Positions 1 through 8,831 of a DNA stretch of 42,204 nt are shown piece by piece. Made by a program: the position numbers and the translations under genes. Origin of the DNA: Candidatus Wildermuthbacteria bacterium RIFCSPHIGHO2_02_FULL_45_25. GTDB taxonomy: Bacteria; Patescibacteriota; Minisyncoccia; Minisyncoccales; UBA10102. The notes under the pieces were generated by a model. The model saw only the letters and a program-made list of their open reading frames with translations, was not told the DNA's origin and searched no databases. The stretch lies in the NCBI GenBank assembly GCA_001823215.1, contig MHTV01000001.1, positions 1 through 42,204 of the forward strand, written 5' to 3'. How positions within the stretch are numbered: position 1 is the stretch's first letter; the number at the start of each line of letters is the position of its first letter.

Positions 1-1874
1 CGGTCCGCTAAAATTTGAGATTCATCATTTGAGAGTTCTTGCCCGTCTTTTACTTTTTTCACCAACGGCTCGGCTTGCGCAAGCTCCTGCACCTGCCGCT
101 CCCATGCCGTTTGATAATCATCAGAGTCAATTTTTTCTCCCTCGGCTCCAATTTCAATATAGGCGCGTTTTATAACGACATCGGTATTTTCTTGAGCGGT
201 CTCTGCAACCTGAATAAAACCAGCCGGTACCTCAATATTTTCCTCGACAAAATCCTTAATTTCTGTTCCCCACGGGATACCAGCTTTGGCTTTGGCGATT
301 TCTGAATATGGATTATAACTTTCGTCATTAAAATACTTAGTAACGCCGGCAAAATCATAAATCCTAAATGATTTTTTATTAATTCGAGAATCAAGACGAC
401 TGCCACGGCCACGCATCTGCTGGTATAAGATTGGCGATCGTGTCGGCCGAACCATGATTATATTTTCAACCGCCGGCGCGTCAATGCCGGTATCCATCAT
501 ACCTACAGAAACAGCAATCGCTGGCATTTCTTCCAGCTTAAAGCGGCGAATAGCCCCGCGAGGGTCTTCGGTATCGGAAGTGATGACCTCGGCAAACCTA
601 CCTTTATACTCCGGCTTGGCTTGATTGAAGTAATACGCAAGCTGTGCGGCGTGGCGTTTTGTAACAGCGTAAACAATGGCTTTGCGTATCTTCTTTGGCT
701 CTCGCTTTTCTTCCTCGGCAAAATAAGCTTGGACAACCTGCTCATTCCTGGCCGGTATGTTTATCTTTCTTTCCAAATCTTCCGAACTGTAGTCTTCACC
801 CTCAAAATTCACGCCTTCAAGCGATACTTTTGTATCTATCTGAACAATGTCATAACCGGCAAGGAAACCATCTTTGACTCCCCGACGAATGCTGTACACG
901 AAAGTCGGTTTACCTTTCTGTTCCGTCTCATTCCAACAACCAAAAAGTTTATAGGTATTGCGATCAACATATCCGCTGGGAGTTGCTGTCATCCCGATGC
1001 GGATAGCATCAAAATGCGAGAGAACAGAATTGTAAACACCGAAGATTGCTCTATGCGCCTCATCTGAAATCACAACATCAAAATAGCCGCTAGTGATATT
1101 TGATAATTGAGAATGAAGAGTTTGCAATGTAGAAATAACAATCGTTGATTCTTTCCTCTGACTACCTCCATAAAGCAATTCCGATGGATAACCCTCAAGT
1201 ATTTCATCAAACACTTCTTTCGTTTGAACGCCAAGCTGAATACGATCTACTAGAAATAAAACTCGATTGGCAAGTCCGGCTTCAAATAACCGCTTGAGAT
1301 AGAGAGCTATTGTGTCGGTCTTACCGGTGCCTGTTGCCATAACCAAGAGCATCTTGCGTTTGCCTCCCTCAATAGCTTTATCCATAATCTGCATCGCTTC
1401 TTTTTGATATGGCCTCGGCATTCGCCATTCACTGCCTTTGTAATACTTTTCTGGAATAGGGACGACTGACAACGGTTTTTGTTCAAGCCGGAGAGTTTGA
1501 ATTTTTTCAAGATCGCGTTGAGAGAAAAAAGTGGCGACTTTTTGTTCCGGCCGATATTTATAATCCCAGAAATAAATTTCTTCGCCATTTGATAAGAAAA
1601 TAAAACCGGCATTGATAGATTCCGCGTATGAAAGAGCTTGTTGCTTGGCGGAAGCCGGATCAACAGCAAAACGCTTTGCCTCAATAACCGCTATGGCGCG
1701 ACCCCTTGAGTCTTTAAGAATATAATCAGCGCGGCCGCTCTGTGAAGTCTCCTCGGTTGAGACCTGATTCTTCTCTTCTATATCCCAATCGGCTTCGCGA
1801 AGTCTGCGGTCAATAAGAATCCGCGCGTCAGTCTCGCGCATGAACTTTTTTCCGGTTGTGTCTTGTGTAGCCAT
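1..1874 (-). CDS. hsdR: Type I restriction enzyme R subunit (DEAD/DEAH helicase-nuclease); 5' part only, runs off the left edge
   Basis: Not in the ORF track. Manual translation from ATG 1874 gives MATQDTTGKKFMRETDARILIDRRLREADW..., nuclease motif RADYIL...VIEAK, Walker A MATGTGKT, VLFLVDR, DEAH and GMTATP. The same frame is open at the window edge. Confidence 0.85.
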   Translation of the reverse strand, partial: MATQDTTGKKFMRETDARILIDRRLREADWDIEEKNQVSTEETSQSGRADYILKDSRGRAIAVIEAKRFAVDPASAKQQALSYAESINAGFIFLSNGEEIYFWDYKYRPEQKVATFFSQRDLEKIQTLRLEQKPLSVVPIPEKYYKGSEWRMPRPYQKEAMQIMDKAIEGGKRKMLLVMATGTGKTDTIALYLKRLFEAGLANRVLFLVDRIQLGVQTKEVFDEILEGYPSELLYGGSQRKESTIVISTLQTLHSQLSNITSGYFDVVISDEAHRAIFGVYNSVLSHFDAIRIGMTATPSGYVDRNTYKLFGCWNETEQKGKPTFVYSIRRGVKDGFLAGYDIVQIDTKVSLEGVNFEGEDYSSEDLERKINIPARNEQVVQAYFAEEEKREPKKIRKAIVYAVTKRHAAQLAYYFNQAKPEYKGRFAEVITSDTEDPRGAIRRFKLEEMPAIAVSVGMMDTGIDAPAVENIIMVRPTRSPILYQQMRGRGSRLDSRINKKSFRIYDFAGVTKYFNDESYNPYSEIAKAKAGIPWGTEIKDFVEENIEVPAGFIQVAETAQENTDVVIKRAYIEIGAEGEKIDSDDYQTAWERQVQELAQAEPLVKKVKDGQELSNDESQILAD

Positions 1875-1879
1875 AATAT

Positions 1880-2542
1880 TTAAATCAATTTGTGCTCTTT
1901 GAAGCTGAAATAATTCGCCTTACTTACAATTACATGGTCTTTTACCTCAATGCCGAGAAGTTTACCGGCATCAACCAACTGTTTTGTGCTTTCCGAATCC
2001 TCCTGCGATGGAGACGGATCACCGGCCGGATGATTATGAGCGATAATTACTTGGGCGGCCAAATGCCGGACAGCCGGCTCAAAAACTTCGCGCGGATGGA
2101 CAAGGTTGGCATTAAGCGAACCGATTGAAACTACCTCGCGTTTGATTTCCTGATTTCTGGAATTCAAAAAGAAAATCACGAAATGTTCTTTTTTATGATC
2201 ACGAATGTCTTTGAGCTCATCCCAAACGTCTTTAGGTGATAAAAGCAGAACCGACTGCTTGTTTTGCAGATGCCGGCGGCCAAGTTCATAGCAGGCGACG
2301 ATTTCGCACGCTTTCGCACTTCCAAGACCAAATGTATTTTTTAATTCCTTAACCGACGCCTTTGCCAAACCGGCGACTCTGAATTTTCTTAAAATCTTGC
2401 CTGATAGCTCAACGACATTGATACCCTCGCTTCCAGTCCGTAAAAGAATCGCCAAAAGTTCAGAATCTGAAAGTCGCTCGGGTCCGTATTTTTCGAGCTT
2501 CTCTCGCGGTCTATCAACTTTTGGCAAATCTTTTATTTTCAT
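1880..2542 (-). CDS. radC: RadC family JAB/MPN-domain protein
   Basis: RPREKL, LSDSELLAILLRTG, VHPREVF, AHNHPAGDPSPSQED, DHVIV. Start at 2542 overlaps the fic stop (ATGA). Confidence 0.93.
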   Translation of the reverse strand: MKIKDLPKVDRPREKLEKYGPERLSDSELLAILLRTGSEGINVVELSGKILRKFRVAGLAKASVKELKNTFGLGSAKACEIVACYELGRRHLQNKQSVLLLSPKDVWDELKDIRDHKKEHFVIFFLNSRNQEIKREVVSIGSLNANLVHPREVFEPAVRHLAAQVIIAHNHPAGDPSPSQEDSESTKQLVDAGKLLGIEVKDHVIVSKANYFSFKEHKLI

Positions 2543-3411
2543 ATCCCGATTTTCCAATCGCCTTTCTCGATAAATGCTTCGATAGTCTGACGTTTGGCTT
2601 TATTGAGCGCGTTCGAATGAGAGAGACGACTCTCTTTGGCATATTCGGAAAGCGGAACGATTTTCTTATGTTCCAAATACGCTAGCCGCTTGTGATAGCT
2701 GTTAGCAAGCGCGCGGCCGACTATTTCTTCCATAACCGACGTTTTGTTATTTGTTTCAAACTCTTTGAACGCGTCATAGTATCTGGCGCGATCAATGAAT
2801 TTGATGTTGATGGGCACATAACCTTCACGGATAAGCAAATAATTATTGATCGCCCTGCCGATCCGGCCGTTGCCATCAATAAATGGATGCGTCCATTCGA
2901 AGGCTAGGTGCAGACGGGCGATCCTCCGCACGATATGTTCATGGCTTGAGGCATTGTATTCCGCGATCATCTTTTTCATGAGTTCGGGAATTTCGGATGC
3001 ATGAGGCGCAATATGCGTACCTACGCGTACACGCTCCTCGCCTTGGCGGAATCTTCCGGAGATTTCATCGCGGATATTGGAAATTAGCATTTTATGTAAA
3101 AACAAAATGACCTCTTCAGTAAGCTCCTGCTCTTTCGCTCGTTTGTCGATATATTCGACCACGCGTGCAAGATTTTTCGCTTCAAATAGTTCACGCTCGG
3201 AAACGAACCGATCAAGATCAATCTGAAGAAGGATTTTTTCCGTCTCTTCCAGCGAGAGCGTACTACTCTCGATAGCGTTGGAGTTGTACACCTGCTCCGG
3301 AATTTCCGCCTCAGAGATCATCTTGAGCAATGACTCTTTCCCTGGTACGGCTCGATAATAGCGCTCGCGAAGTTCGATTACTTTTTTGTATATATTTAGC
3401 GTTCTAGCCAT
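2539..3411 (-). CDS. Fic family protein with probable C-terminal DNA-binding domain
   Basis: Canonical Fic motif HPFIDGNGRIGR and N-terminal YNSNAIE. ATG 3411 chosen because it follows the promoter. Confidence 0.9.
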   Translation of the reverse strand: MARTLNIYKKVIELRERYYRAVPGKESLLKMISEAEIPEQVYNSNAIESSTLSLEETEKILLQIDLDRFVSERELFEAKNLARVVEYIDKRAKEQELTEEVILFLHKMLISNIRDEISGRFRQGEERVRVGTHIAPHASEIPELMKKMIAEYNASSHEHIVRRIARLHLAFEWTHPFIDGNGRIGRAINNYLLIREGYVPINIKFIDRARYYDAFKEFETNNKTSVMEEIVGRALANSYHKRLAYLEHKKIVPLSEYAKESRLSHSNALNKAKRQTIEAFIEKGDWKIGI

Positions 3412-3419
3412 ATAAGCCA

Positions 3420-3448
3420 AGTATAGTAAAGTTAACTTTTATTGTCAA
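3420..3448 (-). promoter_or_regulatory. Sigma70-type promoter of fic-radC-hsdR with palindromic operator
   Basis: TTGACA-17 bp-TATACT on the minus strand. Palindrome AAAGTTAACTTT (3428-3439) lies in the spacer. Confidence 0.75.
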
Positions 3449-3856
3449 ATAACCGTGAATTACACAAAAAAATCTAGTTATTTCACGATATTACGTTGCT
3501 AAAAGTCCTTTTTTGCATAGTACAGCATGTAAACTATGCATAATCGGTGCTGTATTCTGCGTTTCTCGAATAGTACAAAAGTGTACCATTCGCGAAATTT
3601 GCTTAAGTTAAGCAAATCGTTCCAGACTCTCAAATTTGGTCTTACGGCTGGGACCGGGTGCAACAGGTGGCAAACTCTTACCCTCGACACAAAGCTCGCC
3701 ACAGGGGCAACGAACGACAAATTCGGGGTAACGTAAAAACCGCCTTTGGGGCGGTCTTGGTTTAAATCGTGGCAACTGGGGTTTTTCGGGATGTATAATC
3801 TCCCCCTCTCTTACTTCGCTCGGATTTCAGCGGACCGATATGATCATTCAAAACTT

Positions 3857-3889
3857 AAAAGCTCCAGATTCTATAAACCTGGAGCTTTT
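3857..3889. terminator. Intrinsic terminator downstream of the SPFH gene
   Basis: AAAAGCTCCAG-loop-CTGGAGCTTTT inverted repeat with flanking A/T tracts. Confidence 0.6.
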
Positions 3890-3915
3890 CTTTATCTCTT
3901 ACAGAGAGACTTTCA

Positions 3916-4623
3916 TTACGGGGTGATATTTATGAATGGCACCACTCCACTCTCCCCCATCATAAAGTTTGGAACAGTACCATTCCATTGCTCGGTCTTT
4001 TGGTATTCGAGATACGCAGCAGAAGAAGAAGCGAGCGCATCTTGAACCTTCCTGATTCCTTCATCCCCTGCTTCCGCCTTCGCTTTAATTGCATACGCAT
4101 CAGCGCTTGCAATCGCCTGCTTTGCTCTCCTCTCGCCATCCGCACGAGCTTCTTCCGTGTTTGCGTCTTTCTGCGCAACATTGAAGCGAGTATCTGCGGC
4201 TGTTTGTTCAGCCTTCTGCAAAGCAAGATTTACCGCATTTTGTTCTTCCGCCTGTTGTTTTTTAAATTGGACCTCCTGCACCTCCTTGAGGAATGCCTCA
4301 ATTTCTGGAGGATAGCTGAAACTTACAATTGTGACCTGCTGGACAAATACTATTGGGTTGCCATTTTCGTCTAGCAGTTCACTTTGCAGAGCATCTTCCA
4401 CCAAATTTTGAAACTTCACGCGCTCATTCCCGACATAATCGTAACTGTGCGCTCCCTGAACAGACTTGAGAGCGGAGATATACACTCGCTCGATCCACTC
4501 ATTGATGTACCGAGAGCCGTACCTCCGATGCAATTCAATGATCCTGTCAGGATTCGGAGAAGCCCACGTTCGCGCCCAGAAATAGACAGCAGGACGACCA
4601 TGTGAGTTCGAATCCGCTTGCTT
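3916..4623 (-). pseudogene. SPFH/Band 7/prohibitin-like gene, 5'-truncated
   Basis: Ala/Glu/Lys coiled coil (EARADGERRAKQAIASADAYAIKAKAEA) and C-terminal WNGTVPNFMMGESGVVPFINI. The frame is open up to an in-frame TAA at 4624-4626, with no N-terminal membrane anchor and no good start. Confidence 0.65.
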
Positions 4624-4651
4624 TTACTGCACGCAGCCGCCATGTCGCCGC

Positions 4652-6047
4652 ATCTACAAAAGTAGAAATTTTATATGGGTATTAGACTTTCCAGAGGTGA
4701 ATTATACTGTGGATCTACAAAAGTAGAAATTTTATATGGGTATTAGACCCGAACAAAAACAATAAAACCATGAATATCTACAAAAGTAGAAATTTTATAT
4801 GGGTATTAGACCCTTGTGGTAGGAGGAGATGGAGTATATCTACAAAAGTAGAAATTTTATATGGGTATTAGACTGCGAAGAAGAATAATGTACCTTACTC
4901 ATCTACAAAAGTAGAAATTTTATATGGGTATTAGACGCGATGTCCTGCTTGTCGATCCTATAATCTACAAAAGTAGAAATTTTATATGGGTATTAGACGG
5001 AATTGAATAGCCATAAGGGCAAGCGATCTACAAAAGTAGAAATTTTATATGGGTATTAGACGGATGGAATTCCGAATCAGTGTTTGATCTACAAAAGTAG
5101 AAATTTTATATGGGTATTAGACCTATTTACAGGCGCAACACCCGGGCATCTACAAAAGTAGAAATTTTATATGGGTATTAGACCAATAATTAACTGTTCG
5201 TAGGGTATGATCTACAAAAGTAGAAATTTTATATGGGTATTAGACGGGGATGGTTCAATCAAATATCTTTATCTACAAAAGTAGAAATTTTATATGGGTA
5301 TTAGACATTGGAAGAGTAGAACGAAGTATTGCTATCTACAAAAGTAGAAATTTTATATGGGTATTAGACAAATTATAATCAAGCCGATTGTAGAAATCTA
5401 CAAAAGTAGAAATTTTATATGGGTATTAGACAAAATATACAAGTAATAAACCCAGAGATCTACAAAAGTAGAAATTTTATATGGGTATTAGACAAGTATG
5501 GACGCTCTCATCCTGTCTGATCTACAAAAGTAGAAATTTTATATGGGTATTAGACGGTGGTATTGCTGGATTCGATTCTTATCTACAAAAGTAGAAATTT
5601 TATATGGGTATTAGACTATTCCACGGAATGTTGCCCTTTTTATCTACAAAAGTAGAAATTTTATATGGGTATTAGACATTTCAAAAGGTTAAATCTCTTC
5701 CTATCTACAAAAGTAGAAATTTTATATGGGTATTAGACGACAAAACAGAACGTACTTCTGTTACATCTACAAAAGTAGAAATTTTATATGGGTATTAGAC
5801 AATTGGGGGCATGACGTACCCCTATATCTACAAAAGTAGAAATTTTATATGGGTATTAGACTAAAACAATGAATGTTATCCCTTATGAATCTACAAAAGT
5901 AGAAATTTTATATGGGTATTAGACCCTAGAAGAAGAAATGTTTTCTTTCCATCTACAAAAGTAGAAATTTTATATGGGTATTAGACAAAGAAATTGCAGA
6001 GAAGAACAATGATCTACAAAAGTAGAAATTTTATATGGGTATTAGAC
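4652..6047 (-). CRISPR. Type V-A CRISPR array: 23 identical 36-bp repeats and 22 spacers (25-27 bp)
   Basis: Minus-strand repeat GTCTAATACCCATATAAAATTTCTACTTTTGTAGAT ends in the Cas12a handle AATTTCTACT-N-GTAGAT. Repeats counted by hand from 4652-4687 to 6012-6047. Confidence 0.99.
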
Positions 6048-6261
6048 AGTAGAAATGGCTTTGTTAAGCGGAAAAGATACAAAGATCTCAAAAATGAGTA
6101 ATCCGACTTTTGGCTTAACAAAGCCATTTCTCCCTAGAGTGTTTTTATAAAGGCAAAGGTTTTCCACCGTTATATATTGAGTCTAAATTAATATCCACAC
6201 GCAATTTATACTTTATGCTTCAGTATAAGTTGTCAACGAACATCCATCAACATCTAATCTA
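6048..6261 (-). promoter_or_regulatory. CRISPR leader containing a 19-bp inverted repeat and a TTGACA box
   Basis: AT-rich region between cas2 and the first repeat. IR arms at 6051-6069 and 6113-6131; TTGACA on the minus strand at 6231-6236. Confidence 0.7.
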
Positions 6262-6296
6262 CTCTACAAAAGTAGAAATTTTATATGGTATTAGAC
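6262..6296 (-). repeat. Orphan degenerate CRISPR repeat
   Basis: GTCTAATACCATATAAAATTTCTACTTTTGTAGAG: one-base deletion and terminal T>G versus the array repeat. Confidence 0.92.
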
Positions 6297-6316
6297 AAGA
6301 ATGTCCGGACCCGCCA

Positions 6317-6598
6317 TCAGCTAAAAATCACGACCTCCGCTTCTTCATTCTTGGCATATCCATACCGTTTGATTTTCCCTCTATCCCCCGCGCACACCTG
6401 AAATATGAGAATACTATCAGCTCCGGTAAATTTCTTTCTATACACTAATTCTACTTCATTGAGAATGTTTTGCAATACCCGCGAGCTGTCCCTTACTTCA
6501 TAAATGGAATACTGAACTTTCCTTCCATATTTATCAAGGAATCGGGAAAACTTCGCTCTCGTTCTGTCATTTGAAAAATCGTACGCAACAATAATCAT
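6317..6598 (-). CDS. cas2: CRISPR-associated endoribonuclease Cas2
   Basis: MIIVAYDF...R..KF..FL.KYG.KVQYSIYE; 93 aa; overlaps the cas1 stop. Confidence 0.96.
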   Translation of the reverse strand: MIIVAYDFSNDRTRAKFSRFLDKYGRKVQYSIYEVRDSSRVLQNILNEVELVYRKKFTGADSILIFQVCAGDRGKIKRYGYAKNEEAEVVIFS

Positions 6599-7572
6599 TT
6601 TACATCAAACTTCTTCTTTAGCTTTATCCTATACTCGGGAAACTCATTTTTCTCATCCATAATAAAGCGATAAAATCCCTGCACAAAGCTAAAAATATCT
6701 TCTTTATTATCCATAAGCGCCTGCAAAAATATCTGCGCATATTTTTGGTTATTTTGAAATGGCAAAGAGTATTTCCCCTTTGAGAAAATAAAATCGGGGT
6801 GAACGATTTGCTTTAAGTTATAGGACTTTACAAGTTGATGCTCAATAATGCAGCGAAACGGCTCTGTAAGATCGCAAGCCAATGACCTCCGGCTGAAAAA
6901 TAGTTTATGATAGCACCCCTTAAATGTATCGAATCCATGAAGCCGCAATAAGGAGTCCACAAAGTTGAAGAGAAATGTATAACCCATATCCAGCAGAAAA
7001 TTTTGGATATCTTCTTTTGTTCGAGGCGCGCGTCTTCGCCAGCAGATTTCAGCAAAATATTGCTGAAAAAAAGATTTTGAAAAGTTACCTTCCAATCCAA
7101 GAAGCGACTGATTATCTTTTGCGCTTTCTATCTTCTGGAGAATCTCCTGCTTTTCTTGTTTGCTATACAATGTTCCGATACTTCCCAAAAGCTCCATTTG
7201 ATTTATCACTTTTGCTTTCACAATATTTTTGGCAATCCACAATTCTTTATCACCACTCATGCCATATTGCTTCATTCGCAGCAACCAATTACCATCTGCC
7301 TGCGAGCGAAAGCTCGCATACACTTCAAAATTTGGCTTGAGAAAGAAAAAAGATACTCCAAGCTCTGCCGCTCTTTGAATCAATTTTGTGGTTACCGCAA
7401 TATCTCCCATTACGAAAACAGCAAATGCTTTATGGCAAGAAGTTCTATTGATAACTTTGCCGTCTTTCAAAAAAACGATATGGTCATTCAAAAAACGCAG
7501 AGTGGACTTCTCTCCCCATTCTGCACGCACAAACACAATTTGTTTTTCCTTAAAATCAGGCAGTGAAATCAT
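6595..7572 (-). CDS. cas1: Type V CRISPR-associated endonuclease Cas1
   Basis: LLGLEGN, NFLLDMGYTFL, GCYHKLF, SLACDLTEPFR motifs; lies between cas4 and cas2. Confidence 0.96.
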   Translation of the reverse strand: MISLPDFKEKQIVFVRAEWGEKSTLRFLNDHIVFLKDGKVINRTSCHKAFAVFVMGDIAVTTKLIQRAAELGVSFFFLKPNFEVYASFRSQADGNWLLRMKQYGMSGDKELWIAKNIVKAKVINQMELLGSIGTLYSKQEKQEILQKIESAKDNQSLLGLEGNFSKSFFQQYFAEICWRRRAPRTKEDIQNFLLDMGYTFLFNFVDSLLRLHGFDTFKGCYHKLFFSRRSLACDLTEPFRCIIEHQLVKSYNLKQIVHPDFIFSKGKYSLPFQNNQKYAQIFLQALMDNKEDIFSFVQGFYRFIMDEKNEFPEYRIKLKKKFDVK

Positions 7573-7573
7573 A

Positions 7574-8113
7574 TTACCAGCTTAGATTTGAATAGATATT
7601 CCCGCGGCACTGGGAGCATGAATGATCCAAAAGAGATTGTGGCGTAAAACTTCGCATTGCGTCTAAAATACTTTGAAATTTTGACTCTTCGTACTCCCCT
7701 GGCACATTCACTTCATATCGCTTGTTATCTTCCAATGAATGAATAAATAACTTTTCTACAGGATATCCCATTTCTTTCAGACAAAAATATTGAGCATAGA
7801 GCTGACATTTATACCCATCATGAATTCTCTTTATTCTTGTTTTTCGCTCGATAAGGGCTTTTGATTCTCGATCGTATACGTCAATTTTACCCATAATGTG
7901 GTATTTTTCGCTTGATACTTCCAGCCCCATAATAAAGCGGCGCGCAGTGGAATACGTTCCCGTTTCAATATTTTCATGCCTAATCTTCCCCACAGTTTGC
8001 GGTGTTTCATGGTAGATTTTTGTATTAAACTTCTCATAAATTGAATGGAGATATAACGACATCGGACAGTACAAAAAGTCGTTAATCTTGGATATTTGAA
8101 TATATTGCTCCAT
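7574..8113 (-). CDS. cas4: Type V CRISPR-associated protein Cas4
   Basis: YCP, GKIDVY, IERK, QLYAQ and C-terminal C..C Fe-S ligands. Confidence 0.95.
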   Translation of the reverse strand: MEQYIQISKINDFLYCPMSLYLHSIYEKFNTKIYHETPQTVGKIRHENIETGTYSTARRFIMGLEVSSEKYHIMGKIDVYDRESKALIERKTRIKRIHDGYKCQLYAQYFCLKEMGYPVEKLFIHSLEDNKRYEVNVPGEYEESKFQSILDAMRSFTPQSLLDHSCSQCRGNIYSNLSW

Positions 8114-8167
8114 AAGAAAACAGCCATCTCGGCTGTTTTCTTATAGCATATCTTTGACAGGAAGTCA
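8112..8167 (-). promoter_or_regulatory. cas4 promoter overlapping a 14-bp hairpin/terminator
   Basis: TTGACT-17 bp-(TGc)TATAAG on the minus strand; perfect IR ATAAGAAAACAGCC/GGCTGTTTTCTTAT at 8112-8144. Confidence 0.6.
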
Positions 8168-8184
8168 ATAAATACTAGCATGGA

Positions 8185-8430
8185 TCATTTCGGGTGTTGC
8201 ATAATATCTATACAGTAATACATATCATCTTTAATAACAAAGTAGAACCTCCAATCCCTATTTACCCTCGCCTGCCAAATATTATGCGCCTCGTTATATT
8301 TCTTGGCATGAAGTGAGGGATGCCGCAAATCTTTGAGCAAGCAACGAATCTGTTTCTCGAAATCTTTTTGCACACGAGCTGGCGCAAAATGATACGATTT
8401 TCTAAAACGGTTTGTGTATAACGCCTTCAT
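8185..8430 (-). CDS. RelE/ParE-superfamily toxin
   Basis: 81 aa, basic; YTNRFRKSY...HPSLHAKK...WQARVNRDWRFYF; ATGA-coupled to the upstream antitoxin. Confidence 0.8.
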   Translation of the reverse strand: MKALYTNRFRKSYHFAPARVQKDFEKQIRCLLKDLRHPSLHAKKYNEAHNIWQARVNRDWRFYFVIKDDMYYCIDIMQHPK

Positions 8431-8702
8431 TCAGAGTGAAGCGAGTTAATCATATCTTGCGCATTATCAAACGGTCCAGATACTTTTCCCTCATCAATAT
8501 CTTTTAATCCTTCTGCCAGTCGCTTTTCCATAAATGTGTACGGAGTCAAAACAAGCTTTTCTCTCTCTACCTTTATTTCAAGATAATCGCCCGCACCCAA
8601 ACGAAGCGCATCATAGAGCTTTTTTGGAATAGCTACCTGTCTACTTGATCCTATTTTTACCATACGAGAAACAACTTTGTTTTGAGAAGTTTTTGTTTTC
8701 AT
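8427..8702 (-). CDS. AbrB/MazE/SpoVT-family antitoxin
   Basis: VKIGSSRQVAIPKKLYDALRLGAGDYLEI swapped-hairpin motif; acidic C-terminal GPFDNAQDMINSL. Confidence 0.85.
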   Translation of the reverse strand: MKTKTSQNKVVSRMVKIGSSRQVAIPKKLYDALRLGAGDYLEIKVEREKLVLTPYTFMEKRLAEGLKDIDEGKVSGPFDNAQDMINSLHSE

Positions 8703-8729
8703 ATAATTATACTATATGATTGTTGAATC

Positions 8730-8831
8730 TTAGTCAATTATCTGTAGCTGATCTTCAACAAGTTGCATTGCCCGCTCTTTCCCCCGCAAATAGTCAATAA
8801 TCACAGGGGTCTCGATCAGATATTTCTTCAT
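8730..8831 (-). pseudogene. Truncated PIN-domain (VapC-like) toxin remnant
   Basis: Manual translation MKKYLIETPVIIDYLRGKERAMQLVEDQLQIID* resembles the PIN N-terminus (YLxDTxVxIDYLRG); ATGA overlap with the Phd stop. Confidence 0.7.

Noticed and set aside
170-1684. Short ORFs suggesting a fragmented gene at the left end
   Set aside because: They are alternative-frame ORFs over one continuous hsdR frame, which the track missed because it has no stop inside the window.
3669-3697. GGCAAAC...GACACAAAGC resembling a c-di-GMP-I riboswitch
   Set aside because: The intervening 10 nt cannot form the required P2 stem with GNRA loop, and no gene follows in a suitable position.
5862-5888. Spacer sharing ACAATGAAT with the region just upstream of cas12a (possible self-targeting)
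   Set aside because: Only a 9-nt AT-rich match, away from the seed end and without a PAM; expected by chance.
6181-6187. GTCTAA in the leader as a possible anti-repeat/scoutRNA pairing site
   Set aside because: A 6-nt match in AT-rich DNA is not significant on its own.
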